Numbered from the stretch's first letter, positions 15,152-23,239 are shown. The stretch is 32,000 nucleotides of DNA from Pyrodictium occultum (GCF_001462395.1 NZ_LNTB01000002.1:1-32000), one strand, 5' to 3'. The notes: generated by a model not told the origin, from the sequence alone. Numbers and translations: made by a program.

Positions 15152-16732
15152 CTACCTCCCGAGTATAAGGTAGGATGCGAGACCCATGTAGATAACCGTG
15201 ACCCCTATGTCGGTTATAGTGGTGAGCAGCGGTGACGACAAGGTTGCGGGGTCTATGCCCAGCCTCCTGGCCAGTATGGGGAGGCTTGCGCCTATAACAT
15301 CGGCCATCATGATAACTATGAAGAGTGTGAGCGCTACTACTAGCGAGAGCTTCACCTCGCCCCCGCTCAGGAGGAGCGCGAAGACGAACCCCACGGCCGA
15401 CATAGCTGCTCCTATGAGGGCTGCGGTGGCCACCTCCTTTAGGAGAACATATACTATGTCATGGCGGCTCTTCTCCGATATCTCCCCGAGGGCCAGCGCC
15501 CTGACTATCATCGAGCTGGCCTGGCTCCCGACGTTGCCGCCGGTATCCATCACCAGAGGTATGAAGGCTGCGAGCAGGGCTATGCGGCGTATAACGTCCT
15601 CGTAGCCCTTAATTATGTTGGCTGTCACGCTCTCCACGAGGAATATCATGAGGAGCCACAGTATGCGGCGGCGGAAGAGGTCAAGCACCCTGGCCTTCAG
15701 GTACCTCTCCTTCGGCGCCTCCACGCCTCCGAGCAGGGCTATGTCCTCCGCCGCCTCCTCGGTGAGCACGCCGGCCATGTCCTCTATGGTGATTAGCCCG
15801 AGGAACCTGCCCTCCTGGTCCACCACGGGGAGCCTGCTGATATCGTAGCGGAGCATTATCCTGGCAGCCTCCTCCCTGTCGGCCTCGGGTTCCACAGTTG
15901 CCCTCGGCTTCAGCGCCAGGCTCCCCAGCCTCTCCCCGGGGCCCGCGCGGAGGAGCTGGTCTACGGTGACCAGCCCGAGGAGCCTGCCCTGGCTGTCCAC
16001 AACCACCACTGTGTCCCGCACATCGTGCTCCCCGCTCCGCAGCTCCTGGAGAGCCCGCTGCACGGTGTCGTCGGCCCGGAGCACCGGTACGCTGGTGGTC
16101 ATCACGCCGCCAGCGGTGTCGGGGGGATAGCGGAGCAGCCTCTGCGCCTCCTCGCGGAGGGGCTCCGGGAGCCTCCCGAGGAGCTGGCGGCGCAGCTTCT
16201 CCGGGAGCTTCTGCAGCACATCCACCGTCTCGTCGGGCTCCAGGGCGGCCAGCGCCCTGGCGAGATGGTCGGGGTCCAGGCTCCCAGCTATCTCCTGCGC
16301 CGTGGCCTCGTCGGCCAGCAGCATTATCCTCGCGAGGCTGCTGTGGGAGAGCACGCGGTATATGCGGCGCCGGGCCTCCTCAGGGAGGCGGAGCAGCGCG
16401 TCCAGGAGATCCGGGGGGTCGAGATAGAGCTCCAGAAGGTTCACAAGCCCCGGCTTGTCCTCGAGAAACTCCGCCAGCAGCTCGGCGCCCTCGGGGCCCA
16501 GGTAGGCGGCCTCCACCCGTGCCTCGCCGCCGAGCTGCTCCCTGATCCGCTCAGCCAGCTCCCCGGGCTCAAGCCTCGCATCCACCATGAAGAGTATCCT
16601 CGCCCTCCCGTCCACCCTGTAGCCCAGGCTGGTAGCCACGTTGGCGCCTAGGCTGTGGAGGAGCCCGGATACCCTGGACAGCAGCCCAGGCCTATCCTGG
16701 GTCTCGACGAGCACCAGCAGCCTCCTAGTCAC
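15152..16732 (-). CDS. mgtE: Magnesium transporter MgtE with an extra N-terminal ACT domain, 526 aa
   Basis: ACT-like RRLLVLVETQDRPGLLSRVSGLLHSLGANVATSLGY, then an MgtE N-domain, a CBS pair (VMTTSVPVL..., DISRLPVVDQEGRFLGLITIEDM), and an MgtE membrane domain (PLVMDTGGNVGSQAS). Confidence 0.85.
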   Translation of the reverse strand: MTRRLLVLVETQDRPGLLSRVSGLLHSLGANVATSLGYRVDGRARILFMVDARLEPGELAERIREQLGGEARVEAAYLGPEGAELLAEFLEDKPGLVNLLELYLDPPDLLDALLRLPEEARRRIYRVLSHSSLARIMLLADEATAQEIAGSLDPDHLARALAALEPDETVDVLQKLPEKLRRQLLGRLPEPLREEAQRLLRYPPDTAGGVMTTSVPVLRADDTVQRALQELRSGEHDVRDTVVVVDSQGRLLGLVTVDQLLRAGPGERLGSLALKPRATVEPEADREEAARIMLRYDISRLPVVDQEGRFLGLITIEDMAGVLTEEAAEDIALLGGVEAPKERYLKARVLDLFRRRILWLLMIFLVESVTANIIKGYEDVIRRIALLAAFIPLVMDTGGNVGSQASSMIVRALALGEISEKSRHDIVYVLLKEVATAALIGAAMSAVGFVFALLLSGGEVKLSLVVALTLFIVIMMADVIGASLPILARRLGIDPATLSSPLLTTITDIGVTVIYMGLASYLILGR

Positions 16733-16969
16733 GGTCCCCGACCCCTCCTACCAGCGCCTGCCCCCTTCCCGGCAGCGGCCGGCGGCCCTGGGTAGGCCGC
16801 CGAGGACGCCCCCGACGCCGGAGACCATGGCGCCCGCGAGCCCCCTGGATACCAGCATGGCGCCGGCGGCGCCGCGAACAGCGCTAGCCTAGCCGGGATC
16901 CACGCCACGACGGCCAGCGCTACACCCAAGCGCTCCCCCTCGCCACCCTCACTAGCCCCGGGGCCGCAG

Positions 16970-16996
16970 GGCCGAGGTTAATGACTTAACTCGGCC
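16970..16996. promoter_or_regulatory. Near-perfect palindrome GGCCGAGGTTAA-TGAC-TTAACTCGGCC upstream of pyrH
   Basis: An 11-bp stem with a one-base bulge, centred ~47 nt upstream of the pyrH GTG (17030). It contains the only AT-rich patch (TTAATGACTTAA) of this divergent intergenic region. Confidence 0.25.
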
Positions 16997-17029
16997 CCCG
17001 GGCCGCCATGGACCCCAGGGAGCGCAGCC

Positions 17030-17710
17030 GTGGCGCCGACGGTGGTGGTGAAGATCAGCGGGAAGCACGTGAACCCGGAGAAGCCGGGCATGGTGCGGCG
17101 CTACGCCGAGGTGCTCCGGCTCCTCAGCCGGGAGGGCTACCGGCTCGCCGTAGTGGTGGGCGGGGGCCCCGTGGCCCGGGCCTACATAGCCGCGGCGGAG
17201 GAGGCTGGCGCCGGCAAGGCCTTCCAGGACATGCTGGGGATAGAGGCGGCGCGGCTGAACGCCCGGCTCCTCGCCGCCGTGCTGCAGCCGGAGGCCTACC
17301 CGGAGCCCCCGAGGAGCCTCTGGGAGGCGCTCGAGGCCGCGGCCACGGGGAGGATACTGGTCGCCGGGGGCTTCCAGCCCGGCCAGAGCACCGCGGGGGT
17401 GGCTGCGCTGCTGGCCGAGGCCCTCGGCGCCGAGCTGCTCGTGCTGGCCACGACAGTTGAAGGCGTCTACACCGCGGACCCGAGGAGGAGCCCCGAGGCC
17501 AGGCTCATACCCAGGCTGAGCTACGGGGAGCTGCGCCGGGTCCTCGAGCAGAGCCTTGAGCCCGGCCGCTACGAGCTCCTCGACCCCCTCGCCCTCTCCA
17601 TAGTAGAGCGGAGCAGGATACCCGTCCGCGTGGTGGACGGCTCAGACCCCTGGAACGTGGCCAGAGCCGTCCGGGGCGAGCAGGTGGGGAGCCTCATAGA
17701 GGCCTCCTAG
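17030..17710 (+). CDS. pyrH: Uridylate (UMP) kinase, archaeal type, 226 aa
   Basis: VVVKISGKHV ... LAVVVGGGPVARAYI ... GGFQPGQSTAGVAALLAE ... VEGVYTADPRRSPEARLI follows archaeal PyrH throughout. Confidence 0.9.
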   Translation: MAPTVVVKISGKHVNPEKPGMVRRYAEVLRLLSREGYRLAVVVGGGPVARAYIAAAEEAGAGKAFQDMLGIEAARLNARLLAAVLQPEAYPEPPRSLWEALEAAATGRILVAGGFQPGQSTAGVAALLAEALGAELLVLATTVEGVYTADPRRSPEARLIPRLSYGELRRVLEQSLEPGRYELLDPLALSIVERSRIPVRVVDGSDPWNVARAVRGEQVGSLIEAS

Positions 17711-17855
17711 CGCACCCCGGCGCTACGTCAAACTGCTGACTAGAGGCTGCTGCGGAGAAGAGTGGTGCTGGGAACGGTACCTCCACCCTACTCTCCACAG
17801 GCCTCGACTGCATGAAGAAATGGGGAGGGGCGAGGGCGGCAGCCGGGGCACCCTC

Positions 17856-17897
17856 GGGGCCGCCGGGCGCGGCTACTATAGTGAACCCGGCGGCCCC
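17856..17897. repeat. Perfect 12-bp GC inverted repeat (GGGGCCGCCGGG / CCCGGCGGCCCC) with an 18-nt loop
   Basis: Read directly. It is preceded by a 5-bp stem, GAGGG (17832-17836) / CCCTC (17851-17855). It lies in non-coding tail-to-tail spacer. Confidence 0.7.
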
Positions 17898-17969
17898 ATT
17901 AGTATGCTCTCACTTATCTGGTAGAAGCTCCCTCTTACTTATGCGTAACGCTCTAAGTTATAAGCTAAG

Positions 17970-17978
17970 TTTATATAA
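17970..17978 (+). promoter_or_regulatory. Orphan consensus TATA box TTTATATAA inside an AT-rich island with no downstream protein gene
   Basis: This is the strongest TATA match in the window. It sits between two convergent gene ends. A T5 tract lies at 18097-18101, ~100 nt downstream of the expected start site. Confidence 0.4.
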
Positions 17979-18091
17979 GAAAGTGGGGAGAGCAGGGAAT
18001 AAGGGCGGGAACCCTCCATCTAGCTGAGGTTGTCGTAGTGTAGAGCTTCATGCAGCAATACTGCTCCCTAAGCCCTAGCCTCGGAGACCCC

Positions 18092-19417
18092 CTAGCTTTT
18101 TACCCGCCTGTCGAGGTGCCTCGGGCACTCTATCCTCCCCGCTAGGTCCTCTACCACGTACTCCTGGCCGCGTGGGGCCAGGAAGCTGCAGTCGGGCACG
18201 TCCCTCGAGACCACGGCGCCGGGGTAGATCCAGCTGTAGGCTCCCACCCTCACCCCGGGGAGGAGGGAGACGTTGACCCCGGTCTGCGCGTAGCCGCCTA
18301 TGAAGGCGCCCAGCTTCCTCCTACCGGTGTCGACGCGGCGGCCCTTCAGCGTCATCTTTACAGTGGAGTGGTCGAAGCGCAGGTTGGCCGTGACCGTGCC
18401 GGCGCCGAGGTTGGCGTGCTCCCCCACCACGCTGTCGCCCACGTAGCTGAGGTGGGGGGCCTTAGCGCCTTCCATCAGAATGCTCGCCTTCACCTCCGTG
18501 TGGGCCCCTGCCCTGCTCCCCCGGAGGAGGAAGCTCCAGGGCCGGAGCCTCGCCAGGGGCCCCGCCTCGCCCTCGATCCAGGCGGGGCCCTCGACCACGG
18601 TGCCGCTCCGGACCACGGCCCCGGGCGCCACGTAGACGGGGCCGCGGAGCACGGCGCCGGGCTCGGCCTCCCCCTCCACCAGGGGCTCCCTCCTCGGGCC
18701 CATCCTCTCCCTGAACACCGCCTTGTAGGCTTCTATGACCTCCCAGGGCCTCCCCACGTCCATCCACAGCCAGTCCCCGGTGACGATCCTCACGCACTCC
18801 TCGGCCGCGAGGGCGGTGAGCGCGTCGGTGACCTCCAGCTCTCCCCGGGGGCTCGGCTTCAGCCCCCGGAGCAGCTCCTCGAGCCTCCCGCGGGGGAGGA
18901 GCATCACCCCCGTGCTGACCAGGCTCCCCGGCCTGGCGTCCGCGGGCTTCTCCCGGATCCCCCGCAGGCAGCCCCTCTCGTCGATGTCCACCACCCCGTA
19001 CTCCCAGGACCTCTCGCTCGGCACGGCCGCGAGGGCGGGGGCGCCGGCCCCGGCCACAGCCTCGAGCAGGCCGCGGGAGACGAGGAGGTCCCCGTTGACC
19101 AGCAGCACCTCGTCGACGCCCCGTGGGAGGGCCTCAACCCCCACCCTGGCGGCGTCACCGGTGCCCCGCTGCTCCCGCTGCACAGCGTAGCTGGCGGCGA
19201 GCCCCTTCTCCTCCAGGTGCCTCCTCACCGCCTCACCCGCCCAGCCACCGGCCACGACAACCACTACGCCGTCTACGAGGCCCTGGAGCTGGCGTAGGAG
19301 GCGGCTGAGCAGCGTCTCCCCGCCAGGCAGGGGGAGCAGCGGCTTGGGCCTGGTGGAGGTGAGCGGCCAGAGCCTCTCCCCCCTCCCCGCCGCCAGGACG
19401 ACGGCATACCGAGCCAA
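18092..19417 (-). CDS. Bifunctional sugar-1-phosphate nucleotidylyltransferase / acetyltransferase (GlmU-like, archaeal type), 441 aa
   Basis: N-terminal AVVLAAGRGERLWPLTSTRPKPLLPL (NTP-transferase G-x-G-x-R-L motif). The C-terminal half has left-handed beta-helix hexapeptide repeats. Confidence 0.85.
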   Translation of the reverse strand: MARYAVVLAAGRGERLWPLTSTRPKPLLPLPGGETLLSRLLRQLQGLVDGVVVVVAGGWAGEAVRRHLEEKGLAASYAVQREQRGTGDAARVGVEALPRGVDEVLLVNGDLLVSRGLLEAVAGAGAPALAAVPSERSWEYGVVDIDERGCLRGIREKPADARPGSLVSTGVMLLPRGRLEELLRGLKPSPRGELEVTDALTALAAEECVRIVTGDWLWMDVGRPWEVIEAYKAVFRERMGPRREPLVEGEAEPGAVLRGPVYVAPGAVVRSGTVVEGPAWIEGEAGPLARLRPWSFLLRGSRAGAHTEVKASILMEGAKAPHLSYVGDSVVGEHANLGAGTVTANLRFDHSTVKMTLKGRRVDTGRRKLGAFIGGYAQTGVNVSLLPGVRVGAYSWIYPGAVVSRDVPDCSFLAPRGQEYVVEDLAGRIECPRHLDRRVKS

Positions 19418-19497
19418 GGCCTCCCCCAGCCCCGCCCCCGGGGCGCCACGGTATTAGGGCCTGCCAGCCCCTCCCAGAGCCCGGGGGCCGGGGGGCC

Positions 19498-19731
19498 GTG
19501 GAGAGGGTGCTTGACTACGCCTACGTGGAGGAGCTTGCCCGGCGCCGGCGCCGCGAGGCCGCCCGCCTCTCCGCAGCGCTTCGGCAGCGGGGGGAGGCGC
19601 GCAGGGGCCGCAGGAGCCTCCAGGACAGCCTGCGCCTGGCCATGCTGGCGGTAGAGTCCTCCCAGCTGCTAGTGGAGGTGGTCGAGTGGGGGAGGGCAGG
19701 GGAGAGGCGGGTGCTGAGGCTGAGGAGCTAG
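19498..19731 (+). CDS. Small helical, Arg-rich ORF of 77 aa overlapping the next gene by 46 nt. It is either a separate small gene or the frameshifted N-terminus of the nucleotidyltransferase.
   Basis: GTG start. The sequence is helical (YAYVEELARRRRREAARLSAALRQ...SSQLLVEVVEW). It ends just after a GGGGG/GGG/GGGG-rich stretch (19687-19705). Confidence 0.35.
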   Translation: MERVLDYAYVEELARRRRREAARLSAALRQRGEARRGRRSLQDSLRLAMLAVESSQLLVEVVEWGRAGERRVLRLRS

Positions 19732-20339
19732 CGGCGAGGCTCCTCGAGGAGCTGGCCGGGGAGCTGCTGCCCCGCCTTCGCCTCCAACGGGACGAGACGA
19801 GGCGCTTCCTCCTCCTCCTGGCCTGGCTCAACACGAGGCTGGAGGAGGAGGGGCTCGGCAGGATAATAGTGACAGGGGGCTTCGCGGCCGAGGTCTACAC
19901 GGGCAGGGTCTACCGCACCATGGATGTGGACGTGATAGTGGAGGGCAGGGCGGCCCTCCTGGTCCTGGAGGCCCTCCTGCGCCGCGTGGCGGAGCCCCTG
20001 GCCAGGGGCTACCTGCCCCGCGACGAGGCGCTCGCGGTCAAGTCGGTAGACATCGTGTCGACGGTCTATAGCCGGCCCGCGCCCCCGGTGAAGCTGGTGG
20101 TGGACGGCTACCACGTCTACATCGAGCCGCCGGAGGAGATACTGGTACGCTACCTGGCCGGCTGGAAGCACTGGGGCTCTACGGAGGACCGGGACAAGGC
20201 CCTCTGGATCTACACCGTGTGGAGGGATAGGCTCGACTGGGGCTACCTCGTGAGGCGGGCCCGAGAGGAGGGCGTGGAGGATAAGCTGAGGGAGCTTGCC
20301 GGGCTCGTGGAGCGGGCTAGGAGCCGGCGAGAAGCCTAG
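19686..20339 (+). CDS. Minimal Pol-beta-fold nucleotidyltransferase (archaeal DUF2204 / AbiEii-like pattern), 217 aa
   Basis: IVTGGFAAEVYTGRVYRTMDVDVIV fits hG[GS]-x9-13-DhDh. A third acidic strand is VKSVDIV. The C-terminal helical region PPEEILVRYLAGWKHWGSTEDRDKALWIY is typical of this small NTase class. Confidence 0.65.
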   Translation: MGEGRGEAGAEAEELAARLLEELAGELLPRLRLQRDETRRFLLLLAWLNTRLEEEGLGRIIVTGGFAAEVYTGRVYRTMDVDVIVEGRAALLVLEALLRRVAEPLARGYLPRDEALAVKSVDIVSTVYSRPAPPVKLVVDGYHVYIEPPEEILVRYLAGWKHWGSTEDRDKALWIYTVWRDRLDWGYLVRRAREEGVEDKLRELAGLVERARSRREA

Positions 20340-20979
20340 CAGACCTCTTCACGGTCTCCAGCGCCTCCCGCAGCGTGTCGAGGCTGGGGGCCAGGGATAC
20401 GTGGAGGGCTCGGCGCCCATCGTCGAGCGTGACCCGGCGCACGTCCACGCCCCTGGCGAGGAGCTCCTGGGCCAGCCTCTCCGCCTTGGATAACGCCTCC
20501 TCGCCGCTGTAGAGGGCCCGGTACCTCTTGCCGGCCAGCTCCAGCTCCCGCTCGCGGAGCCTCCCCCGCGACTCGGCGGTGTCGCGGGCCACGAGCCTCC
20601 TGGCCCACCGGTCTCCCGGGTCGTAGACGTGGGCCTCCCCGGGGAGCGGCGAGGCCAGGCGGAGGGTCACCTCCAGCCGGTCCCTCCGCCGCTGGAGGAC
20701 TACCACCGGCAGGTAGAGGAAGACGTGGCTGGGCGGCATGGTGTAGAGGATCCAGGCCCTGCCGGCCCAGGGCCAGTCGAGCCGGTAGACGGCGCGGAAC
20801 CCCACCAGGTAGCCTAGAAGGGTGTAGGTCTTATCCCTCGGCCGGAACACGTCCTCGAGTATGCCTACGACAGCCCTCATACGCATCAACATGCTCCGGC
20901 GGACCTGGAAGAACCAGACCACAGAGGCCGAAGAGAGCGCTATCAGCGTGTAGACTGCCAGCCACCCGGCCGGGCCCAC
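20317..20979 (-). CDS. Hypothetical N-terminally membrane-anchored protein, 220 aa
   Basis: GTG start. One N-terminal TM (WLAVYTLIALSSASVVWFF) is followed by a mixed beta/helical soluble domain. Composition is coding-like and no family was recognised. Confidence 0.6.
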   Translation of the reverse strand: MGPAGWLAVYTLIALSSASVVWFFQVRRSMLMRMRAVVGILEDVFRPRDKTYTLLGYLVGFRAVYRLDWPWAGRAWILYTMPPSHVFLYLPVVVLQRRRDRLEVTLRLASPLPGEAHVYDPGDRWARRLVARDTAESRGRLRERELELAGKRYRALYSGEEALSKAERLAQELLARGVDVRRVTLDDGRRALHVSLAPSLDTLREALETVKRSARLLAGS

Positions 20980-21017
20980 TGGCGGGCCACCGCGGCCCCG
21001 GCGCCCGCGGACCCCCT

Positions 21018-21025
21018 CTTATAAG
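21018..21025. promoter_or_regulatory. Palindromic TATA element CTTATAAG in the divergent spacer between the 220-aa gene and the ESCRT-III gene
   Basis: It lies ~42 nt from the minus-gene GTG (20979) and ~84 nt from the plus-gene ATG (21105). Confidence 0.4.
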
Positions 21026-21104
21026 ACATGAGGCCCGGTGCCACCGGGGCGCCGGGCTTACCCGGTTACTGGGGGCTAGAAGCTATCAACCGGCGCTGAG
21101 AGCC

Positions 21105-21785
21105 ATGGCTAGGGTAGAGGACTTCGCAAAGGCCTGGAACCCGCAGCCCAAGGGCCCCGGCGTCATAGAGAGGATTAAGAACACGATAAACCCCCCGCCC
21201 CCCATGAGGCACAAGCTCGCCCTAGCGCTGTACAAGCTGCGCGTGCAGAACAACAAGCTGGAGTACATCATAGCTAAGATGAAGGAGCGGGACCAGGCGC
21301 TGTTCGAGAAGGTGGTCCAGGCACAGATGGAGAAGGACACCACTAGGGCAGCGATGTACGCCGGCGAGGTAGCAGAGCTGAGGAAGATGATAAAGAGCCT
21401 GCTGGTCGCCAAGTACGCCATAGAGAGGGTGGCCCTGAGGCTAGAGACTGTCATGACTATGGGCGACGTGCTGGTGGGCCTGGCCCCAGTGGTGGGCGTG
21501 ATAAGGGACCTGCGCCGCCACCTCACCGGCCTGGTGCCGGAGATAGGCCTGGAGATGGCCGAGATAGGCGAGATGCTCGAGGGCGTGGTGACAGAGGCAG
21601 GAGAGTTCACCAGCTTCACGGGCGCGCCCACGGTGTACAGCGAGGAGGCCAAGAAGATAATGGAGGAGGCTGCGGCCGTAGCCGAGCAGAGGATGCGGGC
21701 CGAGTTCCCGGAGCTGCCCAGCGCCTTTCCCAGCCCCACCCAGCAGGGCAGCCAGAACCGGAACCAGGACGGTGGCACCAAGTAA
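21105..21785 (+). CDS. ESCRT-III / Snf7-family protein (CdvB paralogue without a winged-helix tail), 226 aa
   Basis: KERDQALFEKVVQAQMEKDTTRAAMYAGEVAELRKMIKSLLVAKYAIERVALRLETVMTMGDV matches the crenarchaeal CdvB core pattern. The tail is Pro-rich (FPELPSAFPSP). Confidence 0.85.
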   Translation: MARVEDFAKAWNPQPKGPGVIERIKNTINPPPPMRHKLALALYKLRVQNNKLEYIIAKMKERDQALFEKVVQAQMEKDTTRAAMYAGEVAELRKMIKSLLVAKYAIERVALRLETVMTMGDVLVGLAPVVGVIRDLRRHLTGLVPEIGLEMAEIGEMLEGVVTEAGEFTSFTGAPTVYSEEAKKIMEEAAAVAEQRMRAEFPELPSAFPSPTQQGSQNRNQDGGTK

Positions 21786-21835
21786 GCCACTCCAGCCCCC
21801 GGGGGCCCGGGGCGCCGCGGGGGCCCGGGCAAGGA

Positions 21836-21840
21836 TTTTT
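21836..21840 (+). terminator. T5 tract after a GC-rich palindromic stretch downstream of the ESCRT-III gene
   Basis: GGGCAAGGATTTTTGCTG lies 50 nt after the stop codon. Confidence 0.35.
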
Positions 21841-21867
21841 GCTGCCCATTCTACCCGCGCCGGCCTC

Positions 21868-22869
21868 CTACCCGCTGCAGCCCCGCCTTACCTCGAGGAT
21901 GTAGTCGCCGAGCTTCTCCACGTCCCCGAGGCTGCTGGGCGCTCTCCCCATGTGGGCTACCAGCGCCATGCTTGGCGGCGGGTCCGCCCGGCACCTTGCC
22001 TCCTCCAGGCGGCTGAGGCTCCTCTCCTCCACCTCCGAGAAGCCTAGGCCCCGGGCCCGCTCCCCCAGCACCCTATTGGCCACGATCATCTTGAGCGCTA
22101 TGCCCAGGCTGGCGAGCTTCCCGGCTATCACCTCCACCTCGTAGACTGGGAGGGGCTCCGGCGTCGCCACAGCTACCACGCTGGTGCGGGCGGGGTCGGT
22201 CATCTCCCTCCGGAGCGCCTCGTAGCGCCCCCTCAGCTCCTCCAGCTTCTTCAGCACCGGGTCGTCGGCCTCCACGGGCCTACCCATGGCGTTTGCTATA
22301 GCGTATTTTATGGAGACTATCTTCTCCCGCAGCTCCCTCAGCCTCTCAACCCAGAAGAGGTGGAGCCCCGGGAGCGAGACCACGCGCAGCGCTATGCCGG
22401 TGGGCGGGGTGTCCACTATGACGATGTCCACGTCCCGGCGCTGATAGAGCTGGCTCAGTATCCGGAGGAAGACCTCCTCCTCGAAACCCGGCGCCTCCCG
22501 GATAACCTCCACAGCCCTCTCGATGCTCAGCGCCTGCAGCCCCGGCATGAGCCTGCGGAGGAGCATCGAGTACTCCTCCGCAACCTTCCTCGCAACCCCC
22601 TCGACCTCGTACTGGACCGCCCTAAGCCCAGGGGCCTTCTCCACCTCCCGGAGCGGCCCGGGGAGCCTGAGGTACTCGAGCAAGTGGCCGGCCGGGTCCA
22701 GGCTCGCCACAAGCACCCGGCGGCCCTGCCTGGACAGCTCGTAGGCCAGCCGTAGCCCTACAGTGGTCTTCCCCACCCCGCCCTTACCCATAACCATTAC
22801 CACGTGGGGGAGCCTCCAGCCCTCCGTATCGAGGCCCTCCACCAGCCAGGGCAAGGCTCTACCACTCAC
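21868..22869 (-). CDS. ArsA/Get3(TRC40)-family P-loop ATPase, single-domain archaeal type, 333 aa
   Basis: Deviant Walker A VMVMGKGGVGKTTVG, LDPAGHL (the family's DPAHSL-type motif) and switch II IVDTPPTG. Confidence 0.9.
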   Translation of the reverse strand: MSGRALPWLVEGLDTEGWRLPHVVMVMGKGGVGKTTVGLRLAYELSRQGRRVLVASLDPAGHLLEYLRLPGPLREVEKAPGLRAVQYEVEGVARKVAEEYSMLLRRLMPGLQALSIERAVEVIREAPGFEEEVFLRILSQLYQRRDVDIVIVDTPPTGIALRVVSLPGLHLFWVERLRELREKIVSIKYAIANAMGRPVEADDPVLKKLEELRGRYEALRREMTDPARTSVVAVATPEPLPVYEVEVIAGKLASLGIALKMIVANRVLGERARGLGFSEVEERSLSRLEEARCRADPPPSMALVAHMGRAPSSLGDVEKLGDYILEVRRGCSG

Positions 22870-23152
22870 CCCCCATCCTGCTGAACAGGTCGGCTATCGC
22901 GTCGGCGCCGCGCCAGGTCCTCTCGAAGAGTATGCGCGTCTCCCCCTCAAGCAGGGGAGCCAGCTCGGCGGCGACCCCCATGGGGGCCAGAGGGAGGCCT
23001 ACGAGGCTGCCGAGAACGAGGCTTAGGAAGGCGTGCTCGAGCTCCAGCAGCTCGAGCTCAAGGACCTCCACGCTCTGCTCGATTAGGGCCTCCTGCATCC
23101 CGGTTATGAATGCTTTAGCCTCGCCCAGGAGCCTGCGGAGGAATCTTAGCAA
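22859..23152 (-). CDS. Small conserved-looking protein of 97 aa, translationally coupled to the ArsA/Get3-type ATPase (11-nt overlap)
   Basis: N-terminal amphipathic/coiled-coil segment (EAKAFITGMQEALIEQSVEVLELELLELEHAF), then a hydrophobic stretch LSLVLGSLVGLPLAPMGVAAELAPLL. No family recognised. Confidence 0.55.
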   Translation of the reverse strand: MLRFLRRLLGEAKAFITGMQEALIEQSVEVLELELLELEHAFLSLVLGSLVGLPLAPMGVAAELAPLLEGETRILFERTWRGADAIADLFSRMGGEW

Positions 23153-23239
23153 GCCGCATCCCCTAGGAGACAGGGGTACGCCGAGAGGGGAGGAAAAAGG
23201 GGGAGTGGGTAGGCTCCCCCAGCCGCCGGGATGTACTGG

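Noticed and set aside
16729-16929. 66-aa ORF immediately upstream of mgtE (4-nt overlap)
   Set aside because: It has one hydrophobic stretch followed by P/G/A low complexity. It has no motif and lies in a divergent promoter region. It may be non-coding and cannot be supported from sequence alone.
17812-18027. 71-aa plus-strand ORF in the pyrH/GlmU-like spacer
   Set aside because: The first half is G/A/P low-complexity and encoded by the GC hairpin region. The ORF also runs straight through the TATA box and AT island. A non-coding role is more likely for this region (see the finding for 17711-18101).
18368-19297. 309-aa plus-strand ORF opposite the GlmU-like gene, plus 18462-18797, 18735-19190, 18904-19158 and 19123-19308
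   Set aside because: These are shadow frames. The minus-strand gene has the NTP-transferase motif and hexapeptide repeats.
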